A program made the translations under genes and the position numbers. From positions 48,603-112,602 of the forward strand of contig DLHY01000109.1 in NCBI GenBank assembly GCA_002483445.1: 64,000 nucleotides of DNA, read 5' to 3'. This document shows positions 10,593 to 20,761 of the stretch, in pieces. The notes under the pieces were generated by a model. That model was not told the origin of the DNA, searched no databases, and worked only from the letters and a program-made list of their open reading frames with translations. The stretch comes from Blastocatellia bacterium UBA7656. Lineage in GTDB: Bacteria > Acidobacteriota > Blastocatellia > UBA7656. Positions within the stretch are counted from its first letter, which is position 1. Each line of letters starts with the position of its first letter.

Positions 10593-10997
10593 TCATTCCT
10601 TGAGTTTGAAGGTGAAGCGCACAATCCCTTCTATGCCGCCGGTCTTCTTGAACTGCCATTGTTTGGCGGCATCAAGAGCGACCAGGCGAAACACGCTGTG
10701 GCCGCGAATGAATTGAGCGCCCATAACCTTCCCGTCGCCTGATACCTTCAACTCGACGATCACAATCCCCTCGATCCTGTGCTTTTGCGCCAGAGTAGGA
10801 TAGTCAGGCTCCACGCGCTTGACCGCATACTTTTCTATATTGCGGTCGCCGTCGTCTATCGAGAGCCAGTGCTTTTCGGCGTAGCGCGCGTCGTCGAATC
10901 CGGCGAGCGGCGATGTGTTGAGCGAAGCCAACGCGACTATCAGCAATAAGACAAGCCGCAGCCGCCTGGACTGTGCGTTTTTAGAAAAGATTGACAT
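10593..10997 (-). CDS. TonB C-terminal domain protein
   Basis: N-terminal hydrophobic segment; KRVEPDYPTLAQKHRIEGIVIV..V..DGKV, ALDAAKQWQF TonB_C pattern. Confidence 0.85.
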   Translation of the reverse strand: MSIFSKNAQSRRLRLVLLLIVALASLNTSPLAGFDDARYAEKHWLSIDDGDRNIEKYAVKRVEPDYPTLAQKHRIEGIVIVELKVSGDGKVMGAQFIRGHSVFRLVALDAAKQWQFKKTGGIEGIVRFTFKLKE

Positions 10998-11011
10998 GGG
11001 TCTCTCCTCTT

Positions 11012-14000
11012 TCAGAAAATGAACCTGACTACCAGTTGAATGAGACGAGGCCCGCCTCCTCCTATGCCAGGCACTCCGCCTGCCGCGTCCTGGGTTTTTC
11101 TGGAAAGCCCGAAGAAAGGATCAGTGAGTTTTCTTTGCGGCAAAGCCAGATTCGTCGTGTTGAGCAAGTTGAAGACTTCGAATCTCGTCTGCATCTTGAG
11201 TCGCTCGCCGAGGGGCGTCTGCTTGAGGACGGAGATGTCCAGATTGTGGTACCCGTCTCCGGTGAAGGTGTTGCGACCAAGAGTGCCGAACTGTCCGACA
11301 TCGGGGATGAGCGCGACGGGTATTTTCCGGACAGGGTCTAGAGGAAGGTTAGGATCGAAGAACAACTGGCCATCCTTTTTTATGATGGCTCCAGGCACAT
11401 GGTTTGGCCGGGCATTGAGGCTGGCCGTCAGCGATCTGTCAAATCCGAGCACGAGGCTGAAGGGCTGGCCGGATTGGAAAGAGGCTGTCCCGTTGACCTG
11501 CCAGCCTTCAACCCACCGGTTGCCTTTCAGAGGAATCTCGTAGCTGTAGCCGATAGTGACTCGTTGACGAATATCGAAGACCGAGAGTCCTCTCTCCTGG
11601 TCGATGTCGTGGCTGTTTTGCGGCCCGCCTGTGTCTCCCGTAAAACCGAGTGAATCTGTAGCGTTGTCTATCGACTTGGACCAGGTGTAAGCAGACAGTA
11701 TCGAGAGCCCGTTGCTCAGTCGCTTGGTGAATGTGGCCTGAAACGAGTGATAGATCGAGGATGCCGAGCTTTCTTCCTGGAGTATCGCGGTCACGGGAAA
11801 CTCCGTGAGCTTGAACAACTGTGTGGGCCGGCGGGCAGTGATATTTGCCGCCGTCGAGAGCGGCCTTCCGGCAGCGTCAGTTCCCGGAATGAAGATCGCC
11901 TGATTGATGTCGCGCACACGAGTGAGCTTCGTGGACTTGGTGCCCACGTATCCCACCGACAGCAGCATATTCTTTCCGAGGTCGCGCTGAAGTATGAGGT
12001 TGAAGTGCTGCGCATAAGGCGTCCTCATATTCTCGTCATAAGTTTTCGGCGAAACCGAAGTGAAGGTTTTCACCAGCGTGGCCGGGTTGAACAGTTCGGA
12101 TATTTTCTGACCTGGCAGCGCAATGCTCAGGGCAGTCCACGGATCCCCGACCTGATTGAGGTTCAAGTTGACTGCGGTGGTGAAAAGAATGTTGTCGTAG
12201 TAGATACCATAACCGCCGCGCAAGACCGTTCGCCCGTCTCCGGTTATCAGGAAAGCGAAACCCAGGCGCGGCGCGAAGTTGTTATGGTCTCCTTTGTAAA
12301 GCCCCGATTGGGTATCGAGACCGGGCGTGAAGAAGCCTCGCTCGATTGAGAAATTCGTCAAGCGATGAGTGGGGCTCTCAAGCACCCCGCCGAGTTCGTA
12401 CCTCAGTCCGTAATTGAGCACCAGGCGACTGGTCACCTGGTAATCGTCGTGCAGAAACAGAGCCAACTGTGTCTGCCTCATAGGCGTGTCTACATTGCGC
12501 AGATTGATCGAGCCTGCAGCCGCGACTCCCTTGACCAGATCAGCAAGCGGGCTTATGCGCGTGGAGATGCCTGAGAAGGAAAGCGTGCCTGACCCCGCAG
12601 TGGAAATCGATTCGTACATGCGAAGCAGTCGCAGGTCGCCGCCGAATTTTGCGGAGTGACGGCCTCGCACGATTGCGAAAGAATCAGCCAGATGGAAATT
12701 GCCCATCTTGAAATGAATCGGATAAAGGACGTTGTTGCCTATCCTGGAGATGCCCGATATGTTGATGTCGAACAACCCCGTAGGCGTGGTCACGTGCTGA
12801 AACCCCAGGTCGGAAGGGCTGATGGCGTCTTCCGGGCTGAGGAAGTTGAAATGCCTGTTGTAACCGAACCTGAACTCATTGATCATCCTCGTGCTGAAAT
12901 GGCGCGCGTAGGTGACGGCGAGGTTGTGAGTCCGCGCGTTGCCGTTGAGTCCGAACCCCGGCACGGTCGGAGGCAGCACGTTTGAAAGAAAGACGTTGGT
13001 GATGATCGGATCGAAGAGATCGTTGTCGGAAACGAAGTAACGAAGGGTAATCTCGTCGTTGCCTCCGATCAGGTACTCCGCTTTGAGCATCGCGAAATCG
13101 TTGCGCGCCCTGATGGTCGGCGTCGCCAGATAGTTTCCGAACTCGCTCTCGGTATTCGGATGAGGGATATATTTGTCTATGATGAGCGCCGCAACCGGAT
13201 CGACCGGCACTTGCACCACCTGCCCTGTCACAGGATTTTTGAATATCCCCTGTCGCTCCTGTTCGGTGGGTACGTTGGAGAAGTGCGGATTGCCGGACCG
13301 CAGTCGCTGACCTTCGTAGCTCGCCAGGTAAAATACCCTGTCCTTGACGAGCGGGCCGCTCAACGTACCCCCGAACTGATTGTTATTGAACCTGGAAGCG
13401 TCCTTGCCCGCGAGCTTCTCGAAATGATTCGTCCAGTTGAGCGCCTTGTTGCGGAAGAACTCAAAGAGGGTGAAGTGAAGATCGTTGGTGCCCGGCTTTG
13501 TAAGAATGTTGATCATTCCGCCGGAGTGGTAGCCGTGTTCGGCAGAACCGAGGTTAGTGACCATTTTGAATTCCTGCACGGCATCAATCGAGACCTGAGC
13601 GGAAAGGCTGTTCGACAGCGAATTGTTATTGTCTACTCCATCGACGAGGAAAGTGAGCGAGCGGTCGCGCTGTCCGGCGACGGCGAACGGCCCGTTGAGT
13701 ATACCGCCTTCTGCTCCGCCCTTGAGCGAGGCGGTCGAACTGACGTTTGCCACCAGCGTGCCGAGTTGGAGAAAATTGCGCCCGTTGATGGGAAGATTGG
13801 AAATCTGCTTGTTCTCGATCACCACCCCGAGAACCGAGTTGCTCGATTCCACGAGCGGCGCGTTCGAGCTTACGACATCGATTCCTTCGGCAGCGCCTTC
13901 CACAACCAGATCAAAACTCACCTTGACCTGCTGGTCGAGGAGCAGAGTAACTTGCCTGAATGCCTTCGCATAGTCATCGGCCTCGACTGTGATTTCATAA

Positions 14001-14233
14001 GAGCCGACCGCCAGCGAGGGCAGTCGGTAAGCGCCTTCCGAATCCGTTTCGGCCATTCGCGTCTGATTGGTGTTGAGATTCCTGGCAGTGATCCTGGCGC
14101 CCGAGACTGCTTCGCCTGCCTGATTGCGAACGACTCCGGCAACAGCGCCCCCTGTGGCTTGAGCTACGGAGATGTGGGGCAGGCTCAAGGCTAACATACA
14201 AGCTACGATCAACGGGGTGAGAATTCTCTTCAT
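11012..14233 (-). CDS. TonB-dependent receptor (Oar-like, N-terminal carboxypeptidase-regulatory-like domain)
   Basis: Signal peptide, LPINGRNFLQL, FLVDGVDNN, NNQFGGTLSGP, NNFAPRLG, C-terminal Phe; ATG 14233 has an AGGAG RBS. Confidence 0.93.
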   Translation of the reverse strand: MKRILTPLIVACMLALSLPHISVAQATGGAVAGVVRNQAGEAVSGARITARNLNTNQTRMAETDSEGAYRLPSLAVGSYEITVEADDYAKAFRQVTLLLDQQVKVSFDLVVEGAAEGIDVVSSNAPLVESSNSVLGVVIENKQISNLPINGRNFLQLGTLVANVSSTASLKGGAEGGILNGPFAVAGQRDRSLTFLVDGVDNNNSLSNSLSAQVSIDAVQEFKMVTNLGSAEHGYHSGGMINILTKPGTNDLHFTLFEFFRNKALNWTNHFEKLAGKDASRFNNNQFGGTLSGPLVKDRVFYLASYEGQRLRSGNPHFSNVPTEQERQGIFKNPVTGQVVQVPVDPVAALIIDKYIPHPNTESEFGNYLATPTIRARNDFAMLKAEYLIGGNDEITLRYFVSDNDLFDPIITNVFLSNVLPPTVPGFGLNGNARTHNLAVTYARHFSTRMINEFRFGYNRHFNFLSPEDAISPSDLGFQHVTTPTGLFDINISGISRIGNNVLYPIHFKMGNFHLADSFAIVRGRHSAKFGGDLRLLRMYESISTAGSGTLSFSGISTRISPLADLVKGVAAAGSINLRNVDTPMRQTQLALFLHDDYQVTSRLVLNYGLRYELGGVLESPTHRLTNFSIERGFFTPGLDTQSGLYKGDHNNFAPRLGFAFLITGDGRTVLRGGYGIYYDNILFTTAVNLNLNQVGDPWTALSIALPGQKISELFNPATLVKTFTSVSPKTYDENMRTPYAQHFNLILQRDLGKNMLLSVGYVGTKSTKLTRVRDINQAIFIPGTDAAGRPLSTAANITARRPTQLFKLTEFPVTAILQEESSASSIYHSFQATFTKRLSNGLSILSAYTWSKSIDNATDSLGFTGDTGGPQNSHDIDQERGLSVFDIRQRVTIGYSYEIPLKGNRWVEGWQVNGTASFQSGQPFSLVLGFDRSLTASLNARPNHVPGAIIKKDGQLFFDPNLPLDPVRKIPVALIPDVGQFGTLGRNTFTGDGYHNLDISVLKQTPLGERLKMQTRFEVFNLLNTTNLALPQRKLTDPFFGLSRKTQDAAGGVPGIGGGGPRLIQLVVRFIF

Positions 14234-14296
14234 GGCTTTTATCTCCTCTCGATTCCTTCTTTTTGCCGCTCTCATCAGGGGCAGACTCTTGTTTTC

Positions 14297-15913
14297 TCAG
14301 ATCGATCTGTAATGCAGGGCAGACTCTTGAACGAGGGCCGGAATATCGAGGACCAGCGCGACCCGTCCGTTGTCGAGCACGGTCGAGCCGGAAACGCCTA
14401 CGAGTTGTTTGAACAGCTTGCCCAGAGGCTTGATTACCACCTGGCCCTCGCCGTAGAGATCATCGACGGCAAATCCCGCCTGCCCTGCTTCGTGCCTGAC
14501 GATTATGAGGCTCTCGCGCTCCGGCGGGTCTCCGCTTATACGGAAAAGTTTTCGCAATCGGACATAAGGCACAGCCTCTCCTCTCAAATTGATCAGCCCG
14601 CCGGGTTCTGCCGAACGAACAAGTTCGAGGCAGCCGGTGACCGAATCGACCGGGATCACATAAGTTTCATCTCCGACGCCGACGACGAACCCATCGATGA
14701 TGGCCAGCGTCAGGGGAAGCCTTATGGTGATAGTCGTGCCTTCTCCGGAATGAGTGCTGATCTCAACGGAACCGCGGATGGCTTCGATATTCCGGCACAC
14801 GACATCCATTCCAACGCCCCGACCGGAAATCTCGGTCACACGCTCGGCGGTTGAAAAACCGGGCTGAAGGATGAGGCGATGTATGGCTTGATCTGTAAGG
14901 ACTGACGGGTCGGCGATGATTCCGCGCAATCGAGCCTGCTCGATGATGCGGTCGCGGTTGAGACCTGCGCCATCGTCAGAAATCCGGATTATTATCTGGT
15001 CGCCCTGCTGATTCGCCCGCACGCTGATGCGCCCGCAAGGGGCTTTTCCTTTTTGTATGCGCGCCGCAGGCGTTTCGATCCCATGGTCGATGGCGTTTCT
15101 GATTATATGCGTGAGCGGGTCTCTCAGATGCTCAGCCACAGACGTGTCTACTTCCGCCTCGCCGCCTTCTACGACCAGCCGGGCGAGTTTGCCAGTCGCT
15201 TCGGCCAGATCTCGCACAGTGCGCGTGTACTGGCGAAAGATGGGACTGAGCGGCACCATCCTTATCTTGAGTATCGAATCCTGGAACTCCAGGAAGAGGC
15301 GGTCGATGGCCTCCACTGGTTGTGCAACCTCTTCCCGGTTCTCCAGTCCGCAGGCGCCGAGAACTTGTCTGAGCCGCCCCCGCGCTATGATCATCTCGCT
15401 GGCCAGGTTCAACATCCGATCCAGCTTGCCGGTGTCGACACGGAGGCTTCCACGATGATCGGCGCGAGCGAGGGCGCTATCGAGTTTCTGAAAAGCTGCG
15501 GGCGCGGTCGGCTCGGTTGAATCATCTTCGATCTCCATTATGCGGGCAAGCAGAGCTTCTTCTTCCGGCAATGCGCGGTCGTCTCCGGCTGCGGCCCTGG
15601 CAACGATCTGCCTGAGACCGTCAACGGCAGGTAATAAAAGAGCGACCGATCTTCCTGTAGCCAGAAGCGATCTATCCTGCAAATGCGCGAGAGCATCCTC
15701 GAAGGCATGCGCAAAGTGAGCGACCGAATCCATCCCCATGCAGGACGAGTTTCCCTTGATGGTGTGAGCGATTCGAAAGATCGTTTTGATAGCCTCCTCA
15801 TCGCCGGGGTGGTCTTCCAGAGATATCAATACCTCTTCCATCTCGCCTAAGTGCTCCGCCGTCTCAGCCAGGAAAGTTTGGAGAACATCCTTATAGTCCA
15901 TACTTTTTGCCAT
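14297..15913 (-). CDS. cheA: Chemotaxis histidine kinase, lacking P2 domain
   Basis: HPt FRIAHTIKGNS, HIIRNAIDHGIE, SDDGAG, SGRGVGMDVV, C-terminal CheW-like domain; only 538 aa. Confidence 0.95.
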   Translation of the reverse strand: MAKSMDYKDVLQTFLAETAEHLGEMEEVLISLEDHPGDEEAIKTIFRIAHTIKGNSSCMGMDSVAHFAHAFEDALAHLQDRSLLATGRSVALLLPAVDGLRQIVARAAAGDDRALPEEEALLARIMEIEDDSTEPTAPAAFQKLDSALARADHRGSLRVDTGKLDRMLNLASEMIIARGRLRQVLGACGLENREEVAQPVEAIDRLFLEFQDSILKIRMVPLSPIFRQYTRTVRDLAEATGKLARLVVEGGEAEVDTSVAEHLRDPLTHIIRNAIDHGIETPAARIQKGKAPCGRISVRANQQGDQIIIRISDDGAGLNRDRIIEQARLRGIIADPSVLTDQAIHRLILQPGFSTAERVTEISGRGVGMDVVCRNIEAIRGSVEISTHSGEGTTITIRLPLTLAIIDGFVVGVGDETYVIPVDSVTGCLELVRSAEPGGLINLRGEAVPYVRLRKLFRISGDPPERESLIIVRHEAGQAGFAVDDLYGEGQVVIKPLGKLFKQLVGVSGSTVLDNGRVALVLDIPALVQESALHYRSI

Positions 15914-15929
15914 CCACCTTCGCGATTTT

Positions 15930-16460
15930 CTACAGCGGCTTTACCAGGCACGAGCCATCGTGTGTATTGAATATGACCTTGCGACCATGATGGCCGCCCA
16001 CATCCTGTCCAACTATGGCGATGCCCTCAGCCCGGAGCAGATCGAAAGCGATCCTGGCATTGCGCATTCCGAGGTGATCGCCTGCGTTGCGCAGCGGCTC
16101 CATCACGCAGGCCCCTCCGAAAAACATGGCCTGGAGATTACTCTTCCTGCACCCCAGAGCCAGAAGCTCGTCGAGCAGGCGAGGAACGGCGCTGGCGCCG
16201 AACTTGGGTGAATGCCTTACACCATCAGGACAGCAGGGAAGCTGGAAGTGGTTAGCGCCTCCCATTTCCAGAAGCGCGTCCCACAGGCACACAGAGACGC
16301 AGGAGCCGAGTATGGTGGTGATCGTGCATGGCCCGGTTGAAACGAATATGTGGCCCGGAAGCAGATAAAAGGTCGAGCGATTGCCGGATTGAGGAAGCAT
16401 CCCGACCGACACCTTGCCGGTCTCAAGCACACAGGTTGATTCGGAAAATCTGGCCTGCAT
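15930..16460 (-). CDS. cheD: Chemoreceptor glutamine deamidase
   Basis: TILGSCVSVCLWD, GGANHF, FGGA, DVGG..GRKVIF. Confidence 0.92.
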   Translation of the reverse strand: MQARFSESTCVLETGKVSVGMLPQSGNRSTFYLLPGHIFVSTGPCTITTILGSCVSVCLWDALLEMGGANHFQLPCCPDGVRHSPKFGASAVPRLLDELLALGCRKSNLQAMFFGGACVMEPLRNAGDHLGMRNARIAFDLLRAEGIAIVGQDVGGHHGRKVIFNTHDGSCLVKPL

Positions 16461-16469
16461 TTCTTCTCC

Positions 16470-17216
16470 TCATCTCGCGCTTCTGCGCGCGGTACAGTAG
16501 AGCGCGGCGGCAGCTTGCGTCGCTAACAACTCGAACAGTTTCCTGTCCGATTCATCAAAGCCATTCTTCTGCTGGAGGAGCCTGAAGACTGCGATAGTTC
16601 CCATGATCTCGTCGCCCAGCTTCAACGGAAAGCAGGCCGTCAGAGGCGATTTTTGAGTCAATTTGTCGAGCGCGCCCTTTTCGTCGAGGTAGGCTTCTCC
16701 GGTCGAGGCCACCCACCCTATCAGGCCCGACCCCAGGGGTATGCTCTCAAAGGATTCCGGCTCCAGCCCGAAATGCGAAACGAGCGACAGTGCGGAGCTA
16801 TCCTGGTTCAATTCAAAGATGCCCAGTTCCTCGGACCCTATCAGGTTGATGATGATTTCCTTGATTGCGTCGAACACCTCCTGGCGGTCGAGCGTGCTGT
16901 GAAGACGATAGCTGGCGACGTAGAGGTTCGTGAGGTTGGCGCTCTGTTGCTCAGCTTCCAGATACCGCTCGACGAGTCGGCGGTTTTCGGCTTCGATTTC
17001 CTTCAACTGGTTTCGCAAACAATCGATCTCTCCCTCTTTATGATCGAGCTTGTGTTGCAGAATCAAATTCTGTTGTTGAAGTTCCAGGTTCTCGTGTTCG
17101 AGCGAGGCGGCGACCCAGCGCAGCCTTTCGATATCGGGCAGCAAGCCCTGTGTGATGTCCTGGGACGGCGCGCTATCGTTGCCTGCGCTTTGTGTGAGAG
17201 ATTCTTCGCTGTGCAT
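16470..17216 (-). CDS. Coiled-coil plus GAF domain protein
   Basis: E/Q/L-rich heptads followed by GAF motifs GSGLIGWVA..GE, ACFPLK, FDESDRKLFELLATQAA. Confidence 0.85.
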   Translation of the reverse strand: MHSEESLTQSAGNDSAPSQDITQGLLPDIERLRWVAASLEHENLELQQQNLILQHKLDHKEGEIDCLRNQLKEIEAENRRLVERYLEAEQQSANLTNLYVASYRLHSTLDRQEVFDAIKEIIINLIGSEELGIFELNQDSSALSLVSHFGLEPESFESIPLGSGLIGWVASTGEAYLDEKGALDKLTQKSPLTACFPLKLGDEIMGTIAVFRLLQQKNGFDESDRKLFELLATQAAAALYCTARRSAR

Positions 17217-17226
17217 AATTTTTCGC

Positions 17227-17598
17227 CTACTCGCCTAGAAAATTCCTGATCTTGGAAATAAGCTCCAGCCTATCGATTGGCTTGGTCACATAATCGTTGC
17301 AGCCGCTGTGAAAACCCGCCTCCATGTTCTTCTGTTCGCTTCTGGTCGTCACCATTATGATAGGAATTGCCCTGGTAGCTTCGTGCTGGCGAATCTGCCT
17401 GCAGGCTTCGAAGCCATCCACTTCAGGCATCAATATGTCCATGAGTATGAGGTCAGGTTTCTGAGCGACTGCTTTCTCGACAGCCTGCTTTCCATTCCTG
17501 GCTGTGATCAAGCTGTATCCTTCCTGATTCAGGATCATTTGCTCGATCATAAGTATGGTGTCTGCATCATCGACCAGCAGTATTCTCTTAGTCAACAT
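17227..17598 (-). CDS. Single-domain response regulator (CheY-like)
   Basis: ILLVDD, PDLILMDILMP..DG, IIMVT, DYVTKP. Confidence 0.93.
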   Translation of the reverse strand: MLTKRILLVDDADTILMIEQMILNQEGYSLITARNGKQAVEKAVAQKPDLILMDILMPEVDGFEACRQIRQHEATRAIPIIMVTTRSEQKNMEAGFHSGCNDYVTKPIDRLELISKIRNFLGE

Positions 17599-17774
17599 CT
17601 CTCTCCTGAAAATTTGCGGAAAACTACCCGTCCGGCCCGTAGCGGAAAGCCGGTTTGGTTGACAATTTGTCTTTGGGCCTTTGTTTCGCGAGGGGACGCC
17701 TCATGCGGCTCCCTGAGAACTGCCCCGATCCGATAAAACTTCTTTCCAGCCTGCGTCGAGGCTTTGTTGGAAGA

Positions 17775-17790
17775 TGCAAACCGATGACCA
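17775..17790 (-). promoter_or_regulatory. Candidate sigma-54 promoter for the chemosensory operon
   Basis: Minus strand TGGTCATCGGTTTGCA has GG-N10-GC spacing with TGG and TTGCA; imperfect -24 box. Confidence 0.3.
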
Positions 17791-18228
17791 TTGGTAAGAG
17801 GTATCACACAAACAGAGATGTGTAGATGAACTCTCCAGTCTGTCGCAGGAGTGTGGGGACAATCACCACATAGCCGGACAGAAGGCGCGGCGCAAGTCAG
17901 CATCTATAGCTCACCATAGAGTAATCCGCGAAATAATTCGCCGACGCCGCGAGCAGGTCAGCGGAGTGATTATTACCTTTTCACACAGACTGTGAAAAGA
18001 AAGGACTATGTGATAAAAATCGCGGTCGAAGGACAGTCGCGCGCGGCTTCTTCGTCATTTTTTTGTCGGGATGCGCTGTCTGGCGTGCAGGCGGCGTGAG
18101 AGTGTTATAATCTGTCTGACTGTTTTTATGTTTTCTCGCGCGAGTATAAGCCCCCTTGATCCTGAGTCATTTCGACTTTAATCAGTAAGGACGGCGAAGC
18201 CCGCTTTTCGTAAGAAGGCGGCCGGATA

Positions 18229-20733
18229 ATGAAGCAAGTATTGCCCGTTGACGCGATCATCTCGCACTATCGAATCATCTCCCCGCTGGGCGCGGGCGGG
18301 ATGGGAGAAGTCTATCTCGCCGAAGACACTCATCTGGGTCGAAGAGTCGCGCTCAAGATTCTGCCGCCTGACTTCACAGGCGACGAAGATCGCCTGCGTC
18401 GCTTCGAACAGGAAGCTCGCGCCGCTTCGTCTCTCAATCATCCCAACATCATCACTATTCATGAAGTCGGCCTGGAAAACGGACTCAGATTCATCGCCGC
18501 CGAGTTCATCGAAGGCGAAACCATCCGCCAGATTCTCGCGCGAGGAAGCATAAATATTCGCATGGCGATAGATGTCGGGATGCAGGTAGCTTCGGCTCTG
18601 GCAGCCGCTCACGGAGCCGGAATAATTCATCGCGACATCAAACCTGAAAACGTGATGCTCCGACCCGACGGCTACGTCAAAGTCCTCGACTTCGGAGTGG
18701 TGAAACTGACTGAGCGATTCATCTCTCAGCACACAGGCCCGACGAATTCTGCAAGCGAGATCAAAACCGAAGCGGACATAGTGCTTGGAAGCCCAAGTTA
18801 TATGTCTCCCGAACAGGCTCGCGGGCTTCAGGTTGATGCGCGCACAGATATTTTTTCGCTCGGCGTGCTGCTCTATGAAATGATCGCGGGCCGACGACCC
18901 TTCGACGGGGAGACGCTCAGCGACATAATAGTCTCGATACTTGAGCGTCGACCGCAGCCTCTCTCAGAGTGCGCGGCGGATGTATCTCCGAGGCTCGAAA
19001 ATCTGGTAAACCGCGCGCTGGCTAAAAAGAGAGAAGAACGTTATCAAACCGTAGATGAAATGCTCAAAGACCTGCGCCGCTTGAAGCAGCGCGCGGACGT
19101 GGAAGCGGGAATAGAAGAATCCTTCTCACCTGACATCAAAGCCCAAAAGACCATAAGCGACGCCGATCCTTATGCGACGATGAAATATACCGCCGACGAG
19201 AGCGGTTCTTTCAGTGATACTCGCTCGACATCGAGCGCCGAATATATCATCACCGAAATCCGTCGGCACAAAAAAGCCTTCGCCTCGTCGCTTGCCGCAA
19301 TCGTCATTGGCATAGTGGCGTTGATTTATTTCATGCGCGGAGACAGCCGCGAGCCTATAAACTCAATCGCGGTTCTCCCGTTCGTCAATGAAAGCGCGGA
19401 CTCGAATATCGAGTATCTATCAGACGGCATCACCGAAACGCTGATCGCTAAACTGTCCGAGTGGCGCAGCCTGAAGGTCATGTCGCGAAACTCCGTTTTT
19501 CAATACAAAGGCCGGGACGAAAATGCCCGCACTGTAGGACGCGATCTCAACGTGCGGGCGGTGCTGACAGGTCGCATAGTTCAGCGCGGCGATGAGCTTC
19601 AAATAAAGATCGAGCTTGTAGATTCGAGCGACGGAAGCCGATTGTGGGGTGAACAGTACAATCGCCCTGTGTCCGACCTGATATCGGTTCAGGAAGAGAT
19701 AGCGCGACAGGTCAGCGAAAAGCTGCGCCTGAGATTGGCAAGCGAAGACGAAAAGCGCGCGAGCAGACGCTACACGGATGATACTGAAGCTTATCAGCTT
19801 TACCTCAAGGGCCGTTATTACTGGAACAAGCGCACGAAGGAAAACATCGAAAAAGGCATAGAGTATTTTCGTCAGGCGACGGATCGCGACCCGCTTTACG
19901 CGCTGGCCTACGCGGGGCAGGCCGACTGTTACGCGATGCTGACCGAATACAGTTCGCAGCCGCCGAAAGAAATTTTTCCGAAAGTGAAAGCTGCGGCGCA
20001 AAAGGCTCTCGAAATAGACGACTCGCTTGCGGAAGCGCACACCTCGCTTGCCGCGGCTTATGAATACGAATGGAACTGGACGGAGGCCGAAAAGCAGTAC
20101 CGGCGAGCTGTAGAGTTGAATCCGAATTACGCGACGGCGCATCACTGGTACGCGGTGTTTTTAGGCGCGCGACTCAGACACGATGAAGCGTTGCGCGAGA
20201 TGCGATTGGCGATGGAACTCGATCCTATTTCGCTCATCATCAACACATCGATGGGGAGGCTGCTTTATGGGGCGCGGCAATATGATCGGGCGATAGACCG
20301 GCTTCGCAAAACGCTTGAGCTTGATCCTCGATTCGCCGAAGCGCGATTTCATCTGGCGATGAGCTATGAGCAGAAGCGGATGTACGGGGAAGCCATCGCG
20401 GAGTTTGAGAAAGCAGTCGAGCTTTTCGAGGATGAGACGATGATGGCCTGGGTCGGGCGCGAATATGCGTTGTCGGGAAGAAGAGGAGAAGCCGAGCGCG
20501 TGATAGCGCGACTCAAAGAGATCGGGCGTGAGAAATACGTGTCGCCTTATCCGATAGCTACCGTGTATGCGGCTCTGGGAGCGAAAGACAAGGCATTCGA
20601 GTATCTGGAGCGAGTTTACGACGAGCGATCTTATTATGTGGTGTGGCTCAACATCGATCCGGTATTCGACCCTTTGCGCGAGGACGCGCGCTTTCAGGAT
20701 TTGCTCCGCCGCATTGGAATCGCGCCTCAGTGA
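18229..20733 (+). CDS. Ser/Thr protein kinase with TM, TolB_N-like and TPR domains
   Basis: GAGGMGEVY, VALK, HRDIKPEN, DFG, SPE; SIAVLPF..YLSDGITE; TPR repeats; TGTTATAAT promoter near 18103. Confidence 0.95.
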   Translation: MKQVLPVDAIISHYRIISPLGAGGMGEVYLAEDTHLGRRVALKILPPDFTGDEDRLRRFEQEARAASSLNHPNIITIHEVGLENGLRFIAAEFIEGETIRQILARGSINIRMAIDVGMQVASALAAAHGAGIIHRDIKPENVMLRPDGYVKVLDFGVVKLTERFISQHTGPTNSASEIKTEADIVLGSPSYMSPEQARGLQVDARTDIFSLGVLLYEMIAGRRPFDGETLSDIIVSILERRPQPLSECAADVSPRLENLVNRALAKKREERYQTVDEMLKDLRRLKQRADVEAGIEESFSPDIKAQKTISDADPYATMKYTADESGSFSDTRSTSSAEYIITEIRRHKKAFASSLAAIVIGIVALIYFMRGDSREPINSIAVLPFVNESADSNIEYLSDGITETLIAKLSEWRSLKVMSRNSVFQYKGRDENARTVGRDLNVRAVLTGRIVQRGDELQIKIELVDSSDGSRLWGEQYNRPVSDLISVQEEIARQVSEKLRLRLASEDEKRASRRYTDDTEAYQLYLKGRYYWNKRTKENIEKGIEYFRQATDRDPLYALAYAGQADCYAMLTEYSSQPPKEIFPKVKAAAQKALEIDDSLAEAHTSLAAAYEYEWNWTEAEKQYRRAVELNPNYATAHHWYAVFLGARLRHDEALREMRLAMELDPISLIINTSMGRLLYGARQYDRAIDRLRKTLELDPRFAEARFHLAMSYEQKRMYGEAIAEFEKAVELFEDETMMAWVGREYALSGRRGEAERVIARLKEIGREKYVSPYPIATVYAALGAKDKAFEYLERVYDERSYYVVWLNIDPVFDPLREDARFQDLLRRIGIAPQ

Positions 20734-20761
20734 CAGCTATTTGCAGTCACTGCTCATCGCA

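Noticed and set aside
13160-14194. 344-aa plus-strand ORF (also 37604-38593, 48074-49057, 43427-44353 and similar)
   Set aside because: Lie wholly antisense to well-supported genes and have no recognisable domains
14279-14329. 13-bp direct repeat GGGCAGACTCTTG at the cheA/TBDR junction as an insertion scar
   Set aside because: Both copies are on the same side of the TBDR and none is at the other boundary; probably a local duplication
17600-18228. Riboswitch or ncRNA in the long intergenic region
   Set aside because: No c-di-GMP, cobalamin or other consensus recognisable by eye; needs an Rfam/Infernal scan
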